From contig CATNEN010000001.1 in assembly GCA_950097015.1 (NCBI GenBank), positions 4,836,001 through 4,900,000 of the forward strand: a stretch of 64,000 nucleotides of DNA, in the 5' to 3' direction. Position 1 is the first letter of the stretch; each line of letters starts with the position of its first letter. Below are positions 48,113 to 59,282 of this stretch, in pieces. The notes under the pieces were generated by a model that saw only the letters and a list, made by a program, of their open reading frames with translations, made no database searches and was not told where the DNA came from. This stretch comes from Macrostomum hystrix. Its lineage: Eukaryota > Animalia > Platyhelminthes. Both the position numbers and the translations under genes were made by a program.

Positions 48113-48518
48113 TCCAATAATCAAAACGTTATACAGGTTTCTTCTTTCGAAAAATCCTAATGAAATGCGACTTTTTTTCTCGACCTGAACAACAATTTTA
48201 AATCGAACCTTGTGATTAGAGAGTTGAAAAATTACTTCTAATATTTTGTCTGCCATAAAAGCGATTGGTGAACGAGCTAAACACAAGTGATTCGGATATT
48301 AGCTGTAAGCTACGAGTACTTACTCTAGTAACATCGAACGGATATAAATATTATAATGTAAATGTAACAGTCTTTAAATAAATGATCTAAAAACAACAAA
48401 ACGACGGATTTTTTTGCGATAAAATTGCACTACTTAGCAGCCATTAATTTTCTCTCCTAGTTAAAAACATGTCTTAATTCTAATTTGGCAAGTCTTACTT
48501 TACGAGCTGTAACTCAAC

Positions 48519-49118
48519 TTCAGATCATCTCCCCTTCAGATCATCTCCCCTTCAGATCATCTCCCCATCAGATCATCTCCCCTTCAGATTATCTCCCCTT
48601 CAGATCATCTCCCCTTCAGATCATCTCCCCTTCAGATCATCTCCCCTTCAGATCATCTCCCCATCAGATCATCTCCCCTTCAGATCATCTCCCCTTCAGA
48701 TCATCTCCCCTTCAGATCATCTCCCCTTCAGATCATCTCCCCTTCAGATCATCTCCCCTTCAGATCATCTCCCCTTCAGATCATCTCCCCATCAGATCAT
48801 CTCCCCTTCAGATTATCTCCCCTTCAGATCATCTCCCCTTCAGATCATCTCCCCTTCAGATCATCTCCCCTTCAGATCATCTCCCCATCAGATCATCTCC
48901 CCTTCAGATCATCTCCCCTTCAGATCATCTCCCCTTCAGATCATCTCCCCTTCAGATCATCTCCCCTTCAGATCATCTCCCCTTCAGATCATCTCCCCTT
49001 CAGATCATCTCCCCTTCAGATCATCTCCCCTTCAGATCATCTCCCCTTCAGATCATCTCCCCTTCAGATCATCTCCCCTTCAGATCATCTCCCATTCTGA
49101 TCATCTCCCCTTCAGATT
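48519..49118 (+). repeat. Minisatellite, 16-bp unit CAGATCATCTCCCCTT (left arm of inverted pair)
   Basis: Direct reading. Confidence 0.95.
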
Positions 49119-49357
49119 AGCTAAACGAACTAGCGCATGCTTTGTGCCACAGAGCTACTGTAAACATTTTATTAGGAAATGTGTTCCCAAATCTGCAAGT
49201 GCCGAGCTAATATCAGTTGTAACTCCATGTCGCCGTCCTGTTTGATAAGGCCAGCGTGGTGTGACTTTTACAGGCCCGAAATCTGAGCTTTCGGCCTGCT
49301 TGCAACCTTCCAACTTTCCAGGAATGTGCGACGTCTGCTGGAGCAACTGTTGCTGCC

Positions 49358-50334
49358 GGAACAGGATGTGTTAGACACAGTAGGAACTGCTGGAACAGGG
49401 TGACTGTGTTAGACACAGTAGGGACTGCTGGAACAGGGTGTGTTAGACACAGTAGGGACTGCTGGAACAGGGTGGCAGTGTTAGACACAGTAGGGACTGC
49501 TGGAACAGGGTGACTGTGTTAGACACAGTAGGGACTGCTGGAACAGGGTGACTGTGTTAGACACAGTAGGGACTGCTGGAACAGGGTGACTGTGTTAGAC
49601 ACAGTAGGGACTGCTGGAACAGGGTTACTGTGTTAGACACAGTAGGGACTGCTGGAACAGGGTGACTGTGTTAGACACAGTAGGGACTGCTGGAACAGGG
49701 TGACTGTGTTAGACACAGTAGGGACTGCTGGAACAGGGTGACTGTGTTAGACACAGTAGGGACTGCTGGAACAGGGTGGCAGTGTTAGACACAGTAGGGA
49801 CTGCTGGAACAGGGTGGCAGTGTTAGGCACAGTAGGGACTGCTGGAACAGGGTGTGTTAGACACAGTAGGGACTGCTGGAACAGGGTGGCAGTGTTAGAC
49901 ACAGTAGGGACTGCTGGAACAGGATGTGTTAGACACAGTAGGGACTGCTGGAACAGGATGTGTTAGACACAGTAGGGACTGCTGGAACAGGATGTGTTAG
50001 ACACAGTAGGGACTGCTGGAACAGGATGTGTTAGACACAGTAGGGACTGCTGGAACAGGATGTGTTAGACACAGTAGGGACTGCTGGAACAGGGTGGCAG
50101 TGTTAGACACAGTAGGGACTGCTGGAACAGGGTGACTGTGTTAGACACAGTAGGGACTGCTGGAACAGGGTAGCAGTGTTAGACACAGTAGGGACCGCTG
50201 GAACAGGGTGGCAGTGTTAGACACATAAGGGACTGCTGGAACAGGGTGGCAGTGTTAGACACATAAGGGACTGCTGGAACAGGGTGGCAGTGTTAGGCAC
50301 AGTAGGGACTGCTGGAACAGGGTAGCAGTGTTAG
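49358..50334. repeat. Minisatellite, 34/38-bp unit TGTGTTAGACACAGTAGGGACTGCTGGAACAGGGTGAC
   Basis: Direct reading. Confidence 0.95.
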
Positions 50335-50827
50335 AAACGGGTGCATTTTTGAAATGTGTCAAACCAAATCTCAGCCAGATGAATAGATAAGGTTGAATAA
50401 ACAGAGTTGAGGCAAAGTGAGGATTTGGCTTCCGAATCGGGAAAGCTATCAGATCCTATCAGATGTATAAAGAATGTGTTTACTAGATACGCTGCAAAAT
50501 GTCGTTGCATTTTTGCCAGGTTTATTCTGTCATACTTTCCGGCTTCCCGTTGGTGGCATTTATTTTGATGCCCACCGACAAAAAATCGCGTCAGTGATTG
50601 CCGTTCCAGGCCAACATTCTGATGCCGAAAAATCCTATAAAAAGCGATGGAAATGTCGGCAGCGCAATGTCGTGCGGTCCACAATGTAAACTAAGGAATT
50701 GGATTGGTGCCAATACAAATACCAAACACGGCAGGTCTTAATTGGGATTTCCTGCCATCCAATAATCATAATCCTCTTTCAGAAAGTACATTTCTGTGGG
50801 AAATACTTACCTACTGTGAAAAAACAT

Positions 50828-51181
50828 GATCTGAAGGGTAGATGATCAGAAAGGGAAGATGATCTGAAGGGGAGATGATCAGAAGGGGAGATTATAAGAA
50901 GGGGAGATGACCTGAGGGGGAGATGACCTGAAGGGGAGATGACCTGAAGGGGAGATGACCTGAAGGGGAGATGACCTGAAGGGGAGATGACCTGAAGGGG
51001 AGATGATCTGAAGGGGAGATGACCTGAAGGGGAGATGATCTGAAGGGGAGATGACCTGAAGGGGAGATGACCTGAAGGGGAGATGACCTGAAGGGGAGAT
51101 GACCTGAAGGGGAGATGACCTGAAGGGGAGATGACCTGAAGGGGAGATGATCTGAAGGGGAGATGACCTGAAGGGGAGATT
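50828..51181 (-). repeat. Minisatellite, 16-bp unit AAGGGGAGATGAYCTG (reverse complement of the 48519 array)
   Basis: Direct reading. Confidence 0.95.
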
Positions 51182-51188
51182 ATCTTGG

Positions 51189-51425
51189 GGGATGAGTGGC
51201 AGAGTTTTCCTATTACACCAAGGTTGTGAGCTCGATTCCACGGCGAAGCCGCAATTATTTAGGGCGCAGCTGTAGATAAAAAAGTTGGTGACTTGTCGTG
51301 CAATTTACGACCTCTAGGGCGAACCTCCATGGCACAGCGAGAGTGTACACTGCCTGACGATGAGAAAGTCGGGGCAGATGTACACACCTGTGTGATTGTG
51401 TGTTTAGGAGTCAGCGAAATGGACA
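51189..51425 (+). mobile_element. tRNA-derived SINE, copy B
   Basis: GGATGAGTGGCAGAG...GAGCTCGATTCC...TCGTGCAATTTACG...CCTGACGATGAGAAAGTC...TGTACACACCTGTGTGA shared with copy A. Confidence 0.75.
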
Positions 51426-51954
51426 AAGCACAAGAACTTTCTTAACACAGGTGTAAGTTATTTGCAAACGAGCGATGCGTTCACCTGTAAATTTATTAGA
51501 TGTATTAGATATGTAGATGTGTCTACTATTGATATATTTATTTATTTTACTTAATGGTCCACATCCACACACACAGAGAGAGATTGCAGACACTGCAAAA
51601 CAGACAGCATGAAAAGATTGCAGATGGAAGCTAGGCACATACACACAGCACAGCACAGCACAGTTAAGGCACTGACACATAGAACAGGTTATACACAAAA
51701 AACTCATATGTTATTATAGTTAAGGTAAATTTAACGGTAAGGTAGAAAAAAATTATCACTGGCTAGAAAAAATAGTGTTTGATGATTTTATTCAAATCAG
51801 GTTTTTTCTACTGTGGAAGACAGTGAACAAGCAGTAAAATGTAGAATAGCAAATCAGTTGGGGCGTAGAAAATTAAATAGATATGGACAGAAAATATAGG
51901 ATTATCAAGATTATTGAATGATTTGTAAATACGTCACGCACCGCTGATTGATGC

Positions 51955-52710
51955 ATCTATAGATCCACAAACAATGTCTAGACAGATCTACGGACAATCA
52001 CTAGATAGATCTATGAAAAATTGTAGATAGATCTACAGACACTTCTGAATAGATCTACAGACAATTCTAAATAGATCTACGGACAATGCATAGATAGATC
52101 TATGGAAAATTGTACATAGATCTACAGACACTTCTGAATAGATCTACAGACATTCTGAATAGATCTACAGATAATTCTGAATAGATCTACAGACAATTCT
52201 GAATAGATCTACAGATAATTCTGAATAGATCGACAGACAATTCTGAATAGATCTACGGACAATTCTGATCAGATCTACAGACAATTCTGAATAGATCTAC
52301 AGACAATTCTGAATAGATCTACAGACAATTCTGAATAGATCTACAGACAATTCTGAATAGATCTACAGACAATTCTGAATAGATCTACAGACAATTCTGA
52401 ATAGATCTACAGACAATTCTGAATAGATCTACAGACAATTCTGAATAGATCTACAGACAATTCTGATCAGATCTACAGACAATTCTGAATAGATCTACAG
52501 ACAATTCTGAATAGATCTACAGACAATTCTGAATAGATCTACAGACAATTCTGATCAGATCTACAGACAATTCTGAATAGATCTACAGACAATTCTGATC
52601 AGATCTACAGACAATTCTGAATAGATCTACGGACGATGGCAAGATAGATCTATGGAAAAATTGTAGATAGATCTACAGCGAATTCTAAATAGACCTATAG
52701 ATCTAGAGAC
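51955..52710. repeat. Minisatellite, 22-bp unit AATAGATCTACAGACAATTCTG
   Basis: Direct reading; palindrome TAGATCTA; degenerate edges. Confidence 0.95.
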
Positions 52711-54194
52711 AATTTCTGGACATATCTATAGATAATACTGCAGAAACTGCAGAAAAAAACACGCGAAAGAGAACCTTTCTTTATAAAGTGATAAAACAGA
52801 ATTAAACAATCCGTGATAAAATGACAACCAGCGATTGATTGTACAACTGGATACAATTGAATCTTTAAATAAAACAATAGCACAACCCTTGGAAATATTA
52901 TACAGTTGAACAAAAATACCAACTTTAAATTGGCGCCTTCGGGTAAGATATTTTAGATAGTAAAAAACTAATGTTGTACTATTCAAAATATCTTTCTCCA
53001 ATCCATGAAAAAGTATAGAATTGAGATTTGGTTCCATGTGGGTGGTAGAAACAACATTAACAAGAATCACAATTAGCAATGAGCAGTAGAAACTCAGTTT
53101 GGTCAATAAAAAGGCTCACAAACATCCTACAGAACTGTAATCACAATTTATCAAGAAAAGCTTCAGCGAAAAAAACTGCAACAACAACAATTAAAAAAAG
53201 CATTTTCAAAATCAAGTCAAAAATGTAAAGTGAGTTGGGCCGATTTAGTAACTAATCGAAAATATTATTAACGATTCAACGATTACAAAGACGAAAACGT
53301 TAACGGAAGTGTTGTGATGCTGAGGTTTATAGAATAAAAGAGCAACTTTCTTAGAAAGCAAGACGAAAGTTTCCTAGAAAAATCAGAATTTAGTTTTCTA
53401 AAAAAGCGCACATTGTTTTTTCCCAAGAAATTGAGGAAGACTCCAAATTTAAACGTAGAAAAGTTTCTGTTGAAGCCGAGACTTTTCCTAGAAACATAGG
53501 ATACTTCTTTCCTATAAATCACGATAACTTTCAAAGAAATCAATACGTTTTCTTTAAACACAGAGTGTTCCTGAAACTGAAATTTATTTCCTAGAAGCAG
53601 AAATTTAGTTTTTCAGATATAGAATAGAATTTTCCTAGAAATGTACTCTTTCTAGAGACCCAATGTAATAATTTCTTAAAATACCAAAGCTATATTTTCC
53701 TAGAAATCCAATTATTATAACAACCACGAGGCGATTTTCTTAGAAAGTTATACTTCTTTCTTAGAATAGCAAATTTCAAAAAAAATTAATTTTCGTATAA
53801 AAAAACTGAAGGGATTTTTTACAAAAGTTATTTTAATCATCCAAAAACTCCAAAAAGCAACCTTGATCAATTCGAAAACGAGGCGAATCATAAATGGTCA
53901 TTAAAAGTGTTTTTTTTAAGGCACGAAAAAATCACAATTCAATAGACTGTGAGTCAGTCAGTCAGACAGACAACAAAGTCAAAGTTTTGTTAAAAGCAGG
54001 AAAATGAATATATGATTATACAACAAAACAGTAATAACACAGGCTTGCAAAAAACGTGGGGTAGTTAAAGAAAATACGATTTTCAAAGGCGCATTCAAAG
54101 CAGATTAAATGATTACCGACGGCAGAAGACGCTTTTGATAAAAGCGGCACAGAGAGAATAAAACAGAAAAGGATAATTTTCTAACAAATCATTT

Positions 54195-54376
54195 TCAGAT
54201 GGATTCCTGAAAATCTTGCCGAAAAGTGGATTGCATCTCAACGTCAACTCCGCAGTCATTGTTTCCGCCGCATAGGAGGAGATCCGAGTCATTCAGACTG
54301 GACAGTAGGCAGTCGACGCTTGTGTCCGCCTCTGCCGTACTGGCGACAAGCTGACCTGGGTTCTGAGCGTAACCGT
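54195..54376 (-). CDS. yki: YAP-like terminal exon (acidic tail)
   Basis: CCCACAG| (N)[59 protein letters not shown]; phase 1 matches the previous exon. Confidence 0.75.
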
Positions 54377-57300
54377 CTGTGGGATGATGAGGCGTGAGCT
54401 GGAGATCTAGGTGTCCGGTGTCTAGGTGTGATCTAGATGATGCTCTAGAGGTGTGATCTAGATGATGCTCTAGACTAGAGGTGTGATCTAGATGATGCTC
54501 TAGAGGTGTGATCTAGATGATACTCTAGACTAGAGGTGTGATCTAGATGATGCTCTAGAGGTGTGATCTAGATGATGCTCTAGACTAGAGGTGTGATCTA
54601 GATGATGCTCTAGAGGTGTGATCTAGATGATGCTCTAGAGGTGTGATCTAGATGATGCTCTAGACTAGAGGTGTGATCTAGATGATGCTCTAGAGGTGTG
54701 ATCTAGATGATGCTCTAGAGGTGTGATCTAGATGATGCTCTAGAGGTGTGATCTAGATGATGCTCTAGAGGTGTGATCTAGATGATGCTCTAGAGGTGTG
54801 ATCTAGATGATGCTCTAGAGGTGTGATCTAGATGATGCTCTAGAGGTGTGATCTAGATGATGCTCTAGAGGTGTGATCTAGATGATGCTCTAGAGGTGTG
54901 ATCTAGATGACGCTCTGCTCAAGAATTTACGGCAAAGCAATAGGGATCTCAAGAACTCACTGATCTCAAGAATTGGCGGAGTAACAACAGGCTCAGAGGC
55001 CAGGCCTGAGTCCGATGATTCCTGCCTCCTGTGATCCGCTGCTGCGACCTGCTGCTGCTGCTGCTGCATGGCACAATTTGAGGGCCCGCCCTGCATTGTG
55101 AAAACCTCCTGCCGCATCAGAAACTCCTGAAATTTTGCAGTTTGAAAACATTCTAAAACAGATCCCAAAGCAGAATCTAGAACAGATCCCAAAACAGAAT
55201 CTAGAACAGATCCCAAACCAGAATCTAGAACAGATCCCAAAGCAGAATCTAGAACAGATCCCAAACCAGAATCTAGAACAGATTCCAAACCAGAATCTAG
55301 AACAGATCCCAAAGCAGAATCCAGAACAGATCCCAAAGCAGAATCCAGAACAGATCCCAAAGCAGAATCTAGAACAGATCCCAAAGCTACAACAGATTTC
55401 AAAGAAAGAAACGGTCTAAAACTAGAAGCATTGCGTATAAAATGAGCCAATGCCACTAAACAGTGTTTCCATTCTTAATAGAATTGCTAACGAAGGCAGG
55501 GACGTAAGAAGAGAAAAAGGCAAATTTTGAAGAAAAAAACCAGAGAAGCAAAGCTAAAGAAAAAAAGACAGTAAGTCACGTAGTGTTTAACCTGTCCAAC
55601 ACGCGTGCATTCAAACAAATATTCTATTTTTGTCCACTTAGTAGATACATATTAGAGGTAGTATGAGTATGTGTGTGTGTGTGTGTGTATTTCTGTGACT
55701 GAGCCACAGTGGAAGAGGCGAAATTATACAGAATGCTATTCATAGAAACCAGATTTCTTATTTAATTTATCTAGCCAACTCCAAACCCACACTCTGTATA
55801 AATAGACGAAAAAACACAGAAAAATGAATATGAAAGGCCTTATAAAGGCTTTAGAGTTTTGCACTAGTAAAACATAATCCTAATGTATTAGGACTAATAT
55901 GCTATCCTTAACAGCTGCCCTAAAGCAACTAATATAAAATAATTTTTCATCTAGATGATAATCTTCCAATTTCCTGCTTACTTTTATCCCATTCCCATTT
56001 TCTGTCTACTTTTATCCCATTCCTATTTTCTGTCTACTTTTATCCCACTCCTATTTTCTGTCTACTTTTATTCCATTCCCATTTTCTGTCTATTTAATCC
56101 CATTCTTATTTTCTGTCTAGACTTTTATCCCATTCCTATTTTCTGTCTACTTTTATCCCATTCCCATTTTCTGTCTACTTTTATTCCATTCCCATTTTCT
56201 GTCTATTTTATCCCGTTCCAATTTTCTGTCTACTTTTATCCCATTCTTATTTTCTGTCTAGACTTTTATCCCATTCCTATTTTCTGTCTACTTTTATCCC
56301 ATTCCCATTTTCTGTCTACTTTTATCCCATTCCTATTTTCTGTCTACTTTTATTCCATTCCCATTTTCTGTCTACCTTTATCCCATTCCTATTTTCTGTC
56401 TACTTTTATCCCATTCCTCTTTTCTGTCTGCCTTTATCCCATTCCTATTTTCTGTCTTCTTTTATCCCATTCCCATTTTCTGTCTACTTTTATCCCATTC
56501 CTATTTTCTGTCTACTTTTATCCCATTCCTATTTTCTGTCTGCCTTTATCCCATTCCTATTTTCTGTCTTCTTTTATCCCATTCCCATTTTCTGTCTACT
56601 TTTATCCCATTCCCATTTTCTGTCTACTTTTATCCCATTCCTATTTTCTGTCTACTTTTATCCCATTCCTATTTTCTGTCTACTTTTATCCCATTCCTAT
56701 TTTCTGTCTTCTTTTATCCCATTCCTATTTTCTGTCTACTTTTATTCCATTCCCATTTTCTGTCTATTTTATCCCATTCCAATTTTCTGTCTACTTTTAT
56801 CCCATTCTTATTTTCTGTCTAGACTTTTATCCCATTCCTATTTTCTGTCTACTTTTATCCCATTCCCATTTTCTGTCTACTTTTATCCCATTCCTATTTT
56901 CTGTCTACTTTTATTCCATTCCCATTTTCTGTCTACCTTTATCCCATTCCCATTTTCTGTCTACTTTTATCCCATTCCTATTTTCTGTCTTCTTTTATCC
57001 CATTCCCATTTTCTGTCTACTTTTATCCCATTCCTATTTTCTGTCTACTTTTATCCCATTCCTATTTTCTGTCTACCTTTATCCCATTCCTATTTTCTGT
57101 CTACCTTTATCCCATTCCTATTTTCTGTCTACCTTTATCCCATTCCTATTTTCTGTCTGCCTTTATCCCATTCCTATTTTCTGTCTGCCTTTATCCCATT
57201 CCTATTTTCTGTCTACTTTTATCCCGTTCCAATTTTCTGTCTATTTTATCCCATACCTATTTTCTGTCTACTTTTATCCCATTCCTATTTTCTGTCTACC

Positions 57301-59166
57301 TTTATCCCATTCCTATTTTCTGTCTACTTTTATCCCATTCCTATTTTCTGTCTACTTTTATCCCATTCCTATTTTGTCTACTTTTATCCCAATCCCGTTA
57401 GGTGTCTCAAAAGAACTACGCGATAACAGCTCTCCCACCGACCCCCCAACCCTTCAATACTGACTGAGTGTAGACTAAGGAGCTAGGCACATGTAGCTAA
57501 TCGCAGGTAGTTAGTTTTGAAATATGGTAAATAATTAAGAACTTTTTGCAGTTTCTGCTTTAATAAGCTGCTACAGCAGAGGGAGAAAATAAAGTTAAAT
57601 TTGAGAATAGCCAACAGAACCCTGGTTAGAAGAAGTGTTCGCAAAAAAGGCCAATGTATAAATGCAGCGAAATGTGCAGCAAGCAGTGTACTGTGTAAGC
57701 TCGCAGAAACCATTGAAAGTGAAGACCGTACCGTGGCATTGGAATTTTATATATGCACAACATAATTAATTAGCCAATAAACTGCTAGCCTAAATAAGAA
57801 TATCATTTTACTGAAATCATTCATGCATTCAGCACTAGCAAATTAAGCGAGCAATTTCAAATAACTGTTTAGAACTGTGCATTAAATAACTGAATATTAC
57901 ACTGTGCCACATTAGCTCCAGCCTAGATAGTTAGATAGGCTAGATACTATTGTTATGGATTGATGCACTCACTCATTCACTCACTGACTCACTCATTCAC
58001 TCAGTCAGTCAGTCAGTCAGTCAGTCAGTCACTAACTTACTCACTCACTCACTGACTCACATTCACTCACTCACTCACTTACATTCACTCACTCACTCAC
58101 TTACATTCACTCACTCACTCACTCACTCACTCACATTCACTCACTCACTCACATTCACTCACTCACTCACTCACTCACTCACTCACTCACTCACTCACTC
58201 ACTCACTCACATTCACTCACTCACTCACTCACATTCACTCACTCACTCACTCACTCACTCACTCACTCACTCACTCACTCACATTCACTCACTCACTCAC
58301 TCACTCACATTCACTCACTCACTCACTCACTCACTCACTCACTCACTCACTCACTCACTCACTCACTCACTCACTCACTCACTCACTCACTCACTCACTC
58401 ACTCACTCACTCACTCACTCACTCACTCACTCACTCACTCACTCACATTCACTCACTCACTCACTCACTCACTCACTCACTCACATTCACTCACTCACTC
58501 ACTCACTCACATTCACTCACTCACTCACTCACTCACTCACATTCACTCACTCACTCACTCACTCACATTCACTCACTCACTCACATTCACTCACTCACTC
58601 ACTCACTCACATTCACTCACTCACTCACATTCACTCACTCACTCACTCACTCACTCACTCACTCACTCACATTCACTCACTCACTCACTCACTCACTCAC
58701 ATTCACTCACTCACTCACTCACTCACATTCACTCACTCACTCACTCACTCACATTCACTCACTCACTCACTCACTCACTCACTCACTCACTCACATTCAC
58801 TCACTCACTCACTCACTCACTCACTCACATTCACTCACTCACTCACTCACTCACAATATGGTCAGATAAAAACTCACATTTCTAGTGGTAGCCTCCAGCT
58901 GTCGCCTGAGCAGTTCCTTCTGAGCTGTTAGGCTGGTGAGCTTGCGATAGGCGCTACACCTTGAGCACTTGTTAGAGTGCAGCTGATTTATCTCCGCAGC
59001 CGTGTGGCCCCAGCCGCTCTGCAATTCGGGCGCTATTCTCGGATCCAACCAGCTCGTGGACTTGCTGTTGTGATCCACAAAGTAGATCTTAGCCTCCTGA
59101 TCGCTGTAGGCCATCTCCCATCCTGGCGGCAGTGGGCAGGCGTCCATGAGAGGCTGCAGTGAGGCG
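54195..59166 (-). CDS. yki: YAP/Yorkie-like transcriptional coactivator, last three exons (5' exons not found, probably beyond 64000)
   Basis: complement(join(54195..54376,54961..55126,58878..59166)). WW domain [11 protein letters not shown]...[17 protein letters not shown], coiled coil [15 protein letters not shown]|EFLMRQE, LATS site plus degron [13 protein letters not shown], acidic tail. Confidence 0.85.
54421..54910. repeat. Minisatellite, 25/30-bp unit TCTAGAGGTGTGATCTAGATGATGC filling the last YAP intron
   Basis: Direct reading. Confidence 0.95.
54961..55126 (-). CDS. yki: YAP-like phosphodegron exon
   Basis: TTTCAG| [56 protein letters not shown]|GTGAGT. Confidence 0.85.
55150..55390. 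repeat. Minisatellite, 24-bp unit CTAGAACAGATCCCAAAGCAGAAT
   Basis: Direct reading. Confidence 0.9.
55975..57390. repeat. Minisatellite, 28-bp unit CTTTTATCCCATTCCTATTTTCTGTCTA, about 50 copies
   Basis: Direct reading. Confidence 0.95.
57965..58852. repeat. (CACT)n microsatellite with CACATT interruptions
   Basis: Direct reading. Confidence 0.97.
58878..59166 (-). CDS. yki: YAP-like WW plus coiled-coil exon
   Basis: Acceptor CCGCAG| at 59166 (alternative CTGCAG| at 59153); donor AAT|GTGAGT at 58877, phase 0. Confidence 0.85.
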
Positions 59167-59282
59167 CTGCGGTTCAGCGATTGTGGAAGATTATTAGTTC
59201 ACGGTCTCATTGTTATTTGTTAAAATAGTATTGTTTTCCTAGCTTAATAATTATAGAGTCAACTGCCTTAATTTAGCTTAGC

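Noticed and set aside
42985-48286. Minus-strand (KSANLFFL)n ORFs in the track
   Set aside because: Antisense shadow of the FADF repeat. Splice sites, signal exon, unique spacers and poly(A) signals all support the plus strand.
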